64,000 nucleotides of DNA from Minisyncoccota bacterium (GCA_021734445.1 JAIPIY010000001.1:185306-249305), one strand, 5' to 3'. Positions 41,343 through 51,608 are shown, counted from the stretch's first letter. The notes: generated by a model not told the origin, from the sequence alone. Program-made: numbers and translations.

Positions 41343-42497
41343 TTACAGATGACTATGTCCGTGCCCATGTGTATCTTGTGGTCCTTCTTCTTGAATTTTT
41401 TTATAAATTTCTTTTCTTCGTTTTCCTAAAATTACCACTGCAAGAAATGTTGTAACGGGCACCGTAAAAATCAATCCTATCGAACCCACAATGGTTCGCA
41501 CAATTTCTGTAGCAATTACTTCTTGGTTCATAACAATATCAAATGATGCCTGGGATGTTGCCATATATAATAGCAAGGGAAGACTAACTCCAACATACGC
41601 CAATACTAGTGTATTTACCAGTGCACCCACGTGTTCCTTACCTACACGTAATGCTTTTTTATATACTTCTTTTTCGGAAACTTTTTCGTCCATACCATAT
41701 AATTCATGTACTACCGCTGTTTGTGTAATCGCAATATCATCCAACACACCCAATACACCAATAATAATTCCTCCCAATAAAAGCCCAACGAAATCCAAAT
41801 TACCTAATGTATTAAAATTCAAATACACGGATTCTTCTGATGCAAAACCAGATAACTGTGTCCATGAAATTGCCATCTGCGCCAATAATCCAGTCAATAA
41901 AACCGTCCCAACGGTACCAGCCAATGCAATATGTGATCGTATATGAAATCCATGGGTAAAATAAATAGCAAACAAAAGTATCAACGAAGCCACCGATACA
42001 CTGACAAAAACCGGAGGATATCCCTTGAGCAACAAGGGAACCAAAACAAAAATAATAGCTAACAAACTAGCAACCAAAGAAACCAAAGATCGCACCCCTT
42101 GGAATTTTCCAAAAATCAAAATAATTCCCGCAAACAGTAATCCTAATAACAACAAAGATTTTGTTCTGTTTATCTCGTGTACCTGAAAATATTCACTACC
42201 GTCTGTGGCAATAAAATAACGAATAAAAAATGCATCACCTTTTTCCAGAGGTCGATAGTCGTTGGTAAAAGAAACAATTCTATTTTTTTCTTCACCTTCT
42301 TGAATTTGTGCTTTGACTTGTTGCAACGTTACATCACCAATACCCGTCATAAATTCAGTTGTCTCACTGGTAATTTCCAGAACCCTGGCTCGCCAGATCC
42401 CCTGAGACGTATCAATAATTTCTTGTGCAAAAAGAGAAGGCGCGTACGAACCAAAGAAAGCTGTAAAGAACAAAATTGTAAAGAAAGTTCTTTTCAT
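41343..42497 (-). CDS. YibE/F-family membrane protein
   Basis: GVLGVLDDIAITQ, GKEHVGALVNTLVLAY, EIVRTIVGSIG; His-rich tail. Confidence 0.9.
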   Translation of the reverse strand: MKRTFFTILFFTAFFGSYAPSLFAQEIIDTSQGIWRARVLEITSETTEFMTGIGDVTLQQVKAQIQEGEEKNRIVSFTNDYRPLEKGDAFFIRYFIATDGSEYFQVHEINRTKSLLLLGLLFAGIILIFGKFQGVRSLVSLVASLLAIIFVLVPLLLKGYPPVFVSVSVASLILLFAIYFTHGFHIRSHIALAGTVGTVLLTGLLAQMAISWTQLSGFASEESVYLNFNTLGNLDFVGLLLGGIIIGVLGVLDDIAITQTAVVHELYGMDEKVSEKEVYKKALRVGKEHVGALVNTLVLAYVGVSLPLLLYMATSQASFDIVMNQEVIATEIVRTIVGSIGLIFTVPVTTFLAVVILGKRRKEIYKKIQEEGPQDTHGHGHSHL

Positions 42498-42500
42498 AAA

Positions 42501-42941
42501 TTATTTTTTACGTGTGCATGTTTTACAAGTACCAAAAAATTCTAACATATGATCTGCTATGGTAGAAAATTTATGCGAACCCCGAGTAACAGACTGTATA
42601 TTTTTACCCAATACACATGCCGACACTGGTTCGACATCATGACACTGTGTGCACACAATATGATGATGGTGATGATCAGACATAATTTCAAAAAAAGTTT
42701 TGCCTGTCTGAAAATACATTTTTCGAACCAACTCTTTTTCAACAAATTGTTCGATGATACGATATGCCGTTGATTCATTCATGTCGACAGGTGACAGTGA
42801 TAAAATATTTGGAATAGAAAGTGCACATTTTTTCTTTATGAGAATATCGTACACCGCGATACGTTGCTCTGTTGCACGCAATCCGACAGAACGTAAAACG
42901 TCCACAGTGGTTGTCGGGTTTTTTGATAGCAGTTGATGCAT
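42501..42941 (-). CDS. Fur/Zur-family transcriptional regulator
   Basis: LRATEQR, STAYR, HHHHHIVCTQC, FGTCKTC. Confidence 0.92.
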   Translation of the reverse strand: MHQLLSKNPTTTVDVLRSVGLRATEQRIAVYDILIKKKCALSIPNILSLSPVDMNESTAYRIIEQFVEKELVRKMYFQTGKTFFEIMSDHHHHHIVCTQCHDVEPVSACVLGKNIQSVTRGSHKFSTIADHMLEFFGTCKTCTRKK

Positions 42942-42985
42942 ATCTATACAGTACGCAAAAATACACAAAACTGCAAGCAATATAG

Positions 42986-43027
42986 TTGCAAGTAATTTGC
43001 AAGTATGCTACTTTGAAACTATTATCA
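42986..43027. promoter_or_regulatory. Putative Fur/Zur operators
   Basis: TTGCAA-GTAAT-TTGCAA palindrome and TGAAACTATTATCA between the divergent Fur and ZIP genes. Confidence 0.45.
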
Positions 43028-43047
43028 TTAAGAGCAATCTGTATAAT

Positions 43048-43914
43048 ATGAATATAACAATGATTCTCTCAGCTCTGTTTATTTCTCTTACCTCTTTTTC
43101 TGGGGCACTATTTGCTTCACAAAAAGCATACTCTTGGCTTTTTGAAAAAAAGAACATCAAATTTTTAATTACTTTCTCTGCAGGTATTTTTGGAACAACT
43201 GCAATTTTACTATCTTTTGAGACTTTTGAAATGTTGTCAAAAACTCAAGCTCTGATTGCGGTAATTTCTGGTTTTGTATTCATGTTAATATTGCACAAAT
43301 TATTACCAGAAAGTCATCATCATGATACTAAATGTCCCAACTGTGAACCAAAAATAAAGAAGACGGGGATTAAAATTTTAGTAGGAGACACTATTCATAA
43401 TATTGCCGATGGTCTTGTTCTTATCTCTGCATTTAGTGTTTCAAAAGAATTTGGTTTTTTTGTCACGATAAGTATTTTGATTCATGAAATCATCCAAGAA
43501 ATTTCTGAATATTTTGTTTTACGAGATTCTGGTTTCTCAAGAAAGAAAGCTCTAGCTTTTAACTTCTTGTCATCTTTGTCTATCTTTGTTGGGATTTTAA
43601 TTGGATATGTATTAATCCAAAATGAAACAATCCAAGCAGTCTTGTTAGGTTTTTCAGCTGGTATATTTTTACACATCGTCTTTCATGATCTGCTTCCGTA
43701 TCACGAACTACAAAAAAATGATACTAAAAATTCTTGGAAACATATTCTGGTTTTATGTTTGGGTATTGGAATTATGATATTAATTAATATTGCAACACCG
43801 CATACTCATACACACAATGATGCAGAACATATGCGTGAAACAAATACCGATCATACACATTTTGAAGATGAAATGATGCATGAAGATAGTTTAGATCATC
43901 ATCATATAGATTAA
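43048..43914 (+). CDS. ZIP-family metal transporter
   Basis: GDTIHNIADG, IHEIIQEISEY, His-rich loop and tail. Confidence 0.92.
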   Translation: MNITMILSALFISLTSFSGALFASQKAYSWLFEKKNIKFLITFSAGIFGTTAILLSFETFEMLSKTQALIAVISGFVFMLILHKLLPESHHHDTKCPNCEPKIKKTGIKILVGDTIHNIADGLVLISAFSVSKEFGFFVTISILIHEIIQEISEYFVLRDSGFSRKKALAFNFLSSLSIFVGILIGYVLIQNETIQAVLLGFSAGIFLHIVFHDLLPYHELQKNDTKNSWKHILVLCLGIGIMILINIATPHTHTHNDAEHMRETNTDHTHFEDEMMHEDSLDHHHID

Positions 43915-44234
43915 TCGACTTTTGATGACTATTTTTGCATTAAGTTCACGCACTATATTCATGTCATTCGCTTTCACGAAAATAATACATATGAAACATA
44001 ATAGATAAACTTGTTTCACACACTGTGAAACTCTACATAAGCCCATGAATCGTATAATAATGAATCATAGTATCTTTTTTAATGAGATATAAGTTTCACA
44101 AAACATAAGAACATTGCTTTTATGTGAACAAGGTCTACAAGAGCTGTGTTTCACGAAAAATCATGCCAGGGGGTGCAAAAAAATCTAAAATGTGTATAAT
44201 AGAAATGTTCAAGAAGGTGCAACAGCCAAATAAT

Positions 44235-44308
44235 GCGGGACTAGTTTAGTGGTAGAATGACTGCCTTCCAAGCAGTAGACAAGAGTTCGATTCTCTTGTC
44301 CCGCACCA
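44235..44308 (+). tRNA. tRNA-Gly(TCC)
   Basis: GCGGGAC/GTCCCGC acceptor stem; ACTGC-CTTCCAA-GCAGT anticodon arm; encoded CCA. Confidence 0.95.
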
Positions 44309-44384
44309 TAACATACATACTTTTTGTATAACACATATAACACTTCCGATATGGAAAATTTCGTAAAATGTGTATAATATACAT

Positions 44385-46451
44385 ATGAACGAGAGAATCC
44401 CATTAAACAGTAAAGCTCTCCAACAAGAAGGTGCCCCTGAGACCTTTTTAGACGAGATCTCAGAAAAAGCACGACATGACAATATAGAAGATGAATATTT
44501 AAGTTTTAAAAACGGTTTAAGTAAATATAATCTATCTAATCCAAATCTAAAATCTTATGTTCAAGAAGTTTTTTCTAACAGGGATTTAACCCTGCAGTTA
44601 AGTTTCCTATTAGAGATTTATCCAATAATGATGGGAGTAAGCGATACAATCAGTGATATTTTAGATAGTATATCAGACTTTGAGCTAAAAGATTCTCATT
44701 CTTTTGAAAGAAAGTATTATAAACATGTTGAATCGGAGGTTATGAATCTTAAAAAGCTTTTTGATATATTATCGGGAATTAAGTTAGACAAAGATGCTCC
44801 GGCTTTCGTAAGTCTTCTAAAAAAGATAGCAGAGAAAGAAATACTCGAAGCATTTTTATACCACAGCAATCATAATCCGGACACAAAACTCCATGAATAT
44901 TATTCTGAAAAAAGTAGCGAATATAATCAAGAGTATGTATATCCTGGTTTACCAGTTTATAATATCTACCCACAAAAAATTTCAAATGATTTTTGGGGTT
45001 ACACAGAAGATGGTAAACTTATGATTGCTCGTTCTTCACCAGAAAAAACGTTAGCACTTGAAAATTTAGAAAGAGAAATAAATACTAAATTATCTAATGT
45101 AAAAGAGTCTGTAAGTTTATCTAATTTATTTTCAAAAAGAAATAATATTCTTAAAGAAATAGAAAAAAGAAAAGCTAAACCTATCACAGTGAATGATGTA
45201 TATCGTAGTTCTACTATAGAAAAAACATCAGAAGAGCTCACAAAAGAATTTATGTTCCTAAAGAACATGAGTGGTTTTTTAGGAAGTTATTTAAAAGTTG
45301 ATTTCTTAAAATTGTCATTAGGTGAAACTTTTTTGGTTTTACAATATTTGGAAACCAAGAACGAGGAATCCTTAAACAAAGTTTTAAAAATTGCAAGTAA
45401 ATTTCCAGCAAACAATAATTTTTGGAAGACCTTTCTCTCTATTGAACATGGCGGGCAAGAAATGGGAGATAAGATTCTCACCATTGGTGAAAAATTACCA
45501 AAAAATATCGCAGAAAAAGTGTTTACAAAATATAGTGAATATATTGATGCAGTTGAAAACACAGATAATTTTGTTACTGAACTATATACAAAACAAAAAC
45601 CAAAACCCGAAGTAGTACAAAAAATCAAAGAAAACCTTCTTGTAAAAGGGAAGAATATATTACTTTCTCAATATGAAAAAATCCAAACGGGAACATTTGA
45701 TGAAAAAAAATTCCAAGAGTTTATAGATGGGGCAAAAGCGGATATTGACCTATTCAAAAATACATTCAAAATTACCCTAGAAGAAAATCCTGACACAAAT
45801 TTTGAAGATTTTTTGGGAATGAGAACAGAGATGAAACCTGGTACAGAAATCGAGCAATCGACCATACAAAGCATTGACACTATAATCGAAAAGAATTACA
45901 AAGAAGAAGAACTTCGAAATTCAGTTAAAAATTCATTTCATCAATCTCTTCATCATCCAACAACCCAAGTTTCAGTATTAAAACGAGAAGATAAGATTAT
46001 CGCATCAAATCGAATTGATTTCAAAGAAGATGGTACATTGTATTTTGGTACATTTAATGTTGACCCAGATTATTGTAGTTCTAAAATAGGTGATGCGTTT
46101 TTCAAAGCGACGATACTTCCTTATATGGAAAAACACGTCATCCAAGCAGATTGTTCTGCCCGTCAACCTATTAGCGCATATTATATTGAATCTGGATTTA
46201 TTGGTACTGCATTATATGATTATAATGGTGAACCATCTCTTTCAATAGAAACAACTTTGGATTCAGTTTTTGATTCAAAAAAACTTTCAAAAAAAGAGGT
46301 ACTCGACCTCCTTGACTCTGGTGATACAAAATATACTATAAGAAAGTTCGCTAACCAAGAAGATATTACCCACAACTATCCTGCTGATAAAAAATTAACC
46401 CGATTTTTCTTTGATAGAAATTCTAAAGAATGGATTGCTCTTTGGGAGTAA
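44385..46451 (+). CDS. Large hypothetical protein with C-terminal GNAT-like domain
   Basis: YFGTFNVDPDYCSSKIG..YYIESGF resembles GNAT motifs A/B. Confidence 0.65.
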   Translation: MNERIPLNSKALQQEGAPETFLDEISEKARHDNIEDEYLSFKNGLSKYNLSNPNLKSYVQEVFSNRDLTLQLSFLLEIYPIMMGVSDTISDILDSISDFELKDSHSFERKYYKHVESEVMNLKKLFDILSGIKLDKDAPAFVSLLKKIAEKEILEAFLYHSNHNPDTKLHEYYSEKSSEYNQEYVYPGLPVYNIYPQKISNDFWGYTEDGKLMIARSSPEKTLALENLEREINTKLSNVKESVSLSNLFSKRNNILKEIEKRKAKPITVNDVYRSSTIEKTSEELTKEFMFLKNMSGFLGSYLKVDFLKLSLGETFLVLQYLETKNEESLNKVLKIASKFPANNNFWKTFLSIEHGGQEMGDKILTIGEKLPKNIAEKVFTKYSEYIDAVENTDNFVTELYTKQKPKPEVVQKIKENLLVKGKNILLSQYEKIQTGTFDEKKFQEFIDGAKADIDLFKNTFKITLEENPDTNFEDFLGMRTEMKPGTEIEQSTIQSIDTIIEKNYKEEELRNSVKNSFHQSLHHPTTQVSVLKREDKIIASNRIDFKEDGTLYFGTFNVDPDYCSSKIGDAFFKATILPYMEKHVIQADCSARQPISAYYIESGFIGTALYDYNGEPSLSIETTLDSVFDSKKLSKKEVLDLLDSGDTKYTIRKFANQEDITHNYPADKKLTRFFFDRNSKEWIALWE

Positions 46452-47205
46452 TAGACCAAAGATATTCAAAAACCGCTTTGTGCATTTTGTAGATAGAAGC
46501 ATCTTCGATAATAACTCCGATCATTGAATTTTCTTTTAACGTTATATAGGATATTTTATTTTCATAAATTTGCATAATCGTTTCAAATTCAAGGGCGTCA
46601 AATTTTGCAAATTTTGTTTCTGTTATTTCTGTATGGTATTCTTTGATCGTTGCACGAGCCTGTGGTGTATCCAACATCATACCTTTTTTCTGTATTCCTA
46701 TTTTTTTTCTTTCCTGTGTATATTCTTCGTTTATTTTAGGAATATATTTCATGACAGCGTCTAAATCAACATAGGTGTATATTACTGTTTCTTTAGGAAC
46801 AGTCAGAGTATCCCACAACACCTTTCGTATCCCACTTAGCCCTTCATAAAACTGAATATTGGGTTTATCTGACAGTAAATTATATTTTGAAACAAATGAT
46901 CCCAAAGAAACAGCCACGGTTTCTTTTGATAAGGTGATTGCTTTTTCTTTTTGTTCAATAAAGCGCAGTATCTGAGAAGGGTGCTCTGGAAAAAAAACTG
47001 CAACGCTACCAGAACCACCTTTTTTTGAAACTAACAACATTCCCTCTAATTGTTCTAACACCTTGTATACTAGACTTCTTTTGATTCCAGTCCATGTTGC
47101 TAATACACTGGCCTTTTGTGGACCTTTTTCTAATAGGGCATTATAAATCAATGCTTGTTCTTCAGACAAACCAGCTTCGATAAGTATATTTTCTTCAGCA
47201 ATCAT
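46423..47205 (-). CDS. TrmB-family transcriptional regulator
   Basis: GLSEEQALIY..IKRSLVY; QFYEGLSG; IYENKIS; FEYLW. Confidence 0.9.
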   Translation of the reverse strand: MIAEENILIEAGLSEEQALIYNALLEKGPQKASVLATWTGIKRSLVYKVLEQLEGMLLVSKKGGSGSVAVFFPEHPSQILRFIEQKEKAITLSKETVAVSLGSFVSKYNLLSDKPNIQFYEGLSGIRKVLWDTLTVPKETVIYTYVDLDAVMKYIPKINEEYTQERKKIGIQKKGMMLDTPQARATIKEYHTEITETKFAKFDALEFETIMQIYENKISYITLKENSMIGVIIEDASIYKMHKAVFEYLWSITPKEQSIL

Positions 47206-47318
47206 ACAAAAAGTATAGCATATATTATATTGTTATGCAAATATGACAATATGATTATTAAATATATGTTATAAAATAAGGGCTTTTTATATATAAAAGT
47301 GTTTTTGTTATCATAACA

Positions 47319-47347
47319 TTGACAGATAGAGAAATAAATGCTATACT
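47319..47347 (+). promoter_or_regulatory. Sigma70 promoter
   Basis: TTGACA-N17-TATACT with extended -10 TG. Confidence 0.8.
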
Positions 47348-47353
47348 GTAGCC

Positions 47354-48300
47354 AGAAGATTGATTAGTTCTTTAAGAGATATGTTCAAAACATCTGGAGT
47401 TCACTCAAACGGTCAGGGGAGCCAAAAACACCCCAATCAAGGCAATAGCCAAGATGAGGAGAGAGTAACTCGTGAAAAATAGATGCTTCAACCATATCTG
47501 TTTGCGACAGACCTTTGGATGACAACAGCAAACTTGTCAGAAAAAGGAACCACCTGTCACCCGGTATCATCACACAAGATACAACGCTATCGTGAAGATA
47601 TTGACTGGGACAGCAAGAAATTAACCCGTCTTGCTCCCAGAAATATCTTTAGGATCTCAATCTGCCTTCGCTAAAGCTACGGCATGATAAAGAGGAGAGA
47701 ATAAAGAGAGAAAGCACTTTGACAACAAAATAAAAACAGGCGCATAGCATCTGCACAGGTGACATATTCACGACAGGATGATCTGCGAGCCTGAACCTAA
47801 AATGTATTTAAACGGTATTCATATGACAAGAGAGAGTGTGATATGGATACCGCGGATACAAAGGTGTCGTATCGAATATATGTCCAAGTAGTATCTTTTT
47901 GTAGATTTCCTTGGACACAGGACAAAACTAACTGTTCGAGGAGATCTACAAAAATCTCTCTCCTCGAAGATAATTACACATAACATATATTCCATACGTA
48001 GACATCTTTGTATCCGCGGTGAAAGCCGTTGTCATTCCAACTGACATAAAACAGTGGACGCGAAAAGTAATCAGTGCGAGAAACGATTGCAGTTACATTC
48101 TTGTTCAATTTGGCAAAAGTGATAAGTTTTTACAAAAAAGATTTATCACTTTTGCCAAAGAAAACCCATGCGGTGAGTATCTTGCGTAAAACAAATCCGA
48201 AAAAGGCATGCCAGCCAGCAAGTCGGATAGGTAAGAGTTGACTGCAGGGGAAAGACCTGATGTAAATCCCAGATAAACTTCAAATCCTCGACTGGGCGAG
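47354..48300 (+). ncRNA. Putative large structured RNA (stand-alone ncRNA or very long leader)
   Basis: No credible ORF; 20-bp and 17-bp helices; 10-nt loop-loop complementarity. Confidence 0.6.
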
Positions 48301-48309
48301 GTGAAAAAA

Positions 48310-49665
48310 ATGAGAGGAACAACGCACAATGGCAGTCATTTCGCCAACAAAGGAACATCTCGATCTAGTGGAGAGAGTATGTTTTCAGTTGGCAATCTTG
48401 TGGCATTTCGCTACAACTATTATTCTTCTCCAGACGGGAGAAGCAGTAGTCGAGGTTTATGTCCGACTACAAACCATTATCTGCTTCAAGAGGAGATTCT
48501 CCTCGAAGAGTACGACAACACAAGCCATGACGGCTATGGGGGTGGAGATTACGACATCCGAGAGATTGTTGAAATGTCGGACATTTTCTGGCACGAATAT
48601 TCAGCAGATGTTGTACTTAAGACATTCTTGCTCCAGGTTTTGGAGACCAACAAGAATATTTTTTTCAACAACTTCATCTCCGGTGATATTGCCGAGGTGA
48701 GAAATCACCCAGGCAGATTTCTTCATATTTACGAAATCCCGGAAGGGTATCGTGAATGTGAAGCTGAGACATTCGAGGCAACTGTCGAAAAAATCAACCT
48801 ACAGAAAAAGCAGGAAGATGATTTCGAGGTTGAGAAAGTAGCAAAGCGTTACCGCGGAATTGAGCTTGTTTTTGGTATCACCGCCAATGGGTGGTACGCT
48901 AGTCGTGCATCATTCGGGAAGCATTCTGTGCAACTCCAACATAAACATGATGACACTCGCAGAAGTCACTACAGGTTGGTGATTATGCCCTGCGTACCAA
49001 ATGGTAGTTATCAGTTTTATATTGGTGGAACTCCTATGTACTTGCATTTACAAGACGGAAGAGAGCCATCAATTGACACATTGACTAACACCCATTGGGC
49101 CAACAGCCAAAGCTGGAAGTATTGCGAAATTCAGACCTTAACAATTGAGAAAGGCTGGATATTCATTAATGGAGAGGATGTGTTTGAAAACACAAAGAAA
49201 ATCATTGATGAACTACGGGCGTCTCAAAAAAGTGCCCGTAATAATAAGTTTGAGGAACTTTCAAAAATCGTTGCTGAAAAGCATAGTGAAGGAATTCTCA
49301 AGCTTGTACTTCGCAAGAAGGGTTCAGTTCTTGCAATTTTGAAAGTGTTGAGCGAAAGTCCGACACAAGTAGAAATTGTTGATCTGGTAAAAATCCTAGA
49401 GCTATCAAGCTCTGCACCAGTAATTGCCAATCTCATAGATTTTGTAGCCAGTAAAGTAAACCCTTTCAAAGCAGCGAAAGTTGCCGAGAAAGCATACGCC
49501 TGGTCATACCTTCGAAACGCCTTACCGGGCGTTGGGTTCACTGGATACTTTGAAGACGCCAGTACGGCGTTACAGATTTATTCAAAGAACTGGAAAGCAG
49601 AAACCAGAAGCGGAGATAACTCCGCAATGGAAGATGCTCTTTGGAGGGCAGGGTTAATAAAATAA
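48310..49665 (+). CDS. Hypothetical protein (start may be 48379)
   Basis: Long ORF followed by a hairpin; no family recognised. Confidence 0.75.
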   Translation: MRGTTHNGSHFANKGTSRSSGESMFSVGNLVAFRYNYYSSPDGRSSSRGLCPTTNHYLLQEEILLEEYDNTSHDGYGGGDYDIREIVEMSDIFWHEYSADVVLKTFLLQVLETNKNIFFNNFISGDIAEVRNHPGRFLHIYEIPEGYRECEAETFEATVEKINLQKKQEDDFEVEKVAKRYRGIELVFGITANGWYASRASFGKHSVQLQHKHDDTRRSHYRLVIMPCVPNGSYQFYIGGTPMYLHLQDGREPSIDTLTNTHWANSQSWKYCEIQTLTIEKGWIFINGEDVFENTKKIIDELRASQKSARNNKFEELSKIVAEKHSEGILKLVLRKKGSVLAILKVLSESPTQVEIVDLVKILELSSSAPVIANLIDFVASKVNPFKAAKVAEKAYAWSYLRNALPGVGFTGYFEDASTALQIYSKNWKAETRSGDNSAMEDALWRAGLIK

Positions 49666-49846
49666 CGGGTTAGGGTTAATCAAAGGGCAAGCGACATAAA
49701 AATCGCTTGCCCTCGTTATTGAAATCTTGAGTTGTAAAAGATTCGAGGTTTCATTGCGAGTTAAGTTGAACTAAAAACTTTACACAATCCGGGTGTAGAA
49801 TTCTTGCTTGTGCAAGTTTTGTAGTCGAGAGGCAACGGAAGAAAGA

Positions 49847-50266
49847 ATGGTAAAAAAAAATTTGAATTTTTTGCAACTTGTTGAGGTTCTCGATGGATTT
49901 GGAGGACCACTCCTTGGAATGATTTCTCTGTTTATCAAACAACAATGGGAAATCCTTGTCTGTGTTGAAAAAGCAGACCAGATCTGCCGAGAATACTTAC
50001 TTGAAGAGGTTGATGGATTCATAACCGTCAATATTGATTATGCTTTCGAATATGATGCGAGTGAACTTATAATCCACTACAATTCCCGTAGTGGGAAATA
50101 TTATAAGTTTACCATCTCAAGAGAGTTTGGATTTCCACGTGGTGGACTGTGTCACAGCATGGAATATCCTGAAGATTCAGCGCTGGCTGATTTTATTCAA
50201 GAAGTGTCTTCTTTATCAGGGAGACATCCAAATCCTCTTTTTCGCGGGAGAGAAACCAATGAATAG
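49847..50266 (+). CDS. Hypothetical protein
   Basis: ORF followed by a hairpin. Confidence 0.55.
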   Translation: MVKKNLNFLQLVEVLDGFGGPLLGMISLFIKQQWEILVCVEKADQICREYLLEEVDGFITVNIDYAFEYDASELIIHYNSRSGKYYKFTISREFGFPRGGLCHSMEYPEDSALADFIQEVSSLSGRHPNPLFRGRETNE

Positions 50267-50404
50267 TGGTTAGGGTTAAACTGGGCGAGCTCAACGTAGC
50301 TCGCCCTTTCTATATCAATACGAAACACTTTTTGGTGTTGATTAGAGAGAGATTGACTTATTTTGTCTGGATGATATTGTAAAGATAAACCAACCTTGTC
50401 AGCT

Positions 50405-50749
50405 ATGAACAATCAAGATGTAATTGCACGATTTGATCGACCCAACAAACAATGGAACGTCTCAGCACCGGACTTTATGGGAGCCCTTGATACTTGTATC
50501 ATTAGCGGATGCACCATTGAAATTCCTGAAGATGCTACAGGTATCCAGGATGTAATATTCCACGGGTCACACCTTCAAAACCCCGAAGAGATGGAATTGT
50601 CTGGAGAGATTACTTCCGTCCTCTTTAACTCTGAAACAAAGCGTTTCGAGGATACCAGTGGTAAAGAAGTTGTCATCAATGGACAACATGTTCTTTGTTC
50701 TGAAATTGGAATGGTTTTCCACATATCGGAATCAGTTACACCCCAGTGA
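50405..50749 (+). CDS. Hypothetical protein, distant paralog of the next gene
   Basis: Own TTGACT..TATTGT promoter and terminator. Confidence 0.6.
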   Translation: MNNQDVIARFDRPNKQWNVSAPDFMGALDTCIISGCTIEIPEDATGIQDVIFHGSHLQNPEEMELSGEITSVLFNSETKRFEDTSGKEVVINGQHVLCSEIGMVFHISESVTPQ

Positions 50750-50848
50750 GCCCCGCCCTGTTGTCTGCACATTCGCAGGCGACAGGGCTTTTTTTTGACT
50801 TTACAGAATCCACGTGCTATTCTAAAAAAGAACCAAAACCGACTGATC

Positions 50849-51205
50849 ATGTACCTTGTATACTGGAATTTGCTTGCAAAGAAGTGGGTATGCCATCATG
50901 CAGGAAAAACAACAGAAGAAACTTTTTTCTCTGGAACAAATGCAAATTTTTGGATAATCCCACAAAATCGCTTAACGGCATTGAGTCAAATAGAGACAAG
51001 GCCCGAGCTAATAGCCCCCAATGAACATGTTCATGCATTCATTGGACTGAGTACGATAGGACACCATCGACAATTTAAATCTCAGGAAGAGACTGAAGTG
51101 TACCATGATCTTACATCAGGTCTTTTCAAGAAGAAAGAAACGGGAGAAGAAATTCATAACGCACCTCAAATTCTTTTCACCGATTCTGGCAAGATGTTTG
51201 TCTAA
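50849..51205 (+). CDS. Hypothetical protein, phage-like
   Basis: VYWNL..HVHAF..VYHD..F...TGEEI pattern; own promoter and terminator. Confidence 0.55.
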   Translation: MYLVYWNLLAKKWVCHHAGKTTEETFFSGTNANFWIIPQNRLTALSQIETRPELIAPNEHVHAFIGLSTIGHHRQFKSQEETEVYHDLTSGLFKKKETGEEIHNAPQILFTDSGKMFV

Positions 51206-51329
51206 TCTCAATCGGAAACCAATAACCCGCACCCTATCAAGGGTGCGGTACTTTTTTATACAAAAATTTTATAAAACAAAAACCCATCACGGGAGAGTAA
51301 CGGGTTTTTGTTTTATAGAGCAAGAAAAA

Positions 51330-51608
51330 TTATTTTCCAGCTACCAAATCTTTCAAAGCTTTTCCAGCTTGGAATTTTGGAACTTTTGTTGCAGCAACTT
51401 TTACCATTTCACCTGTTCGAGGGTTTCGAGCTTCACGTGCAGCACGTGGTTTTACTTTGAAAATCCCAAAACCAGCGATTGAAACATCTGTTCCTTTTTT
51501 CAAAGACCCAGCGATTGCTTCAAAAATTCCTGAAACAACACCTTCTGCTTGTACTTTTGTACCACCTAATTGTTGTTGTACCATTTCTATAAGATCATTT
51601 TTGTTCAT
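51330..51608 (-). CDS. hup: HU DNA-binding protein
   Basis: MNKNDLI, GFGIF, ARNPRTGE, PKFQAGKALKD. Confidence 0.97.
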   Translation of the reverse strand: MNKNDLIEMVQQQLGGTKVQAEGVVSGIFEAIAGSLKKGTDVSIAGFGIFKVKPRAAREARNPRTGEMVKVAATKVPKFQAGKALKDLVAGK

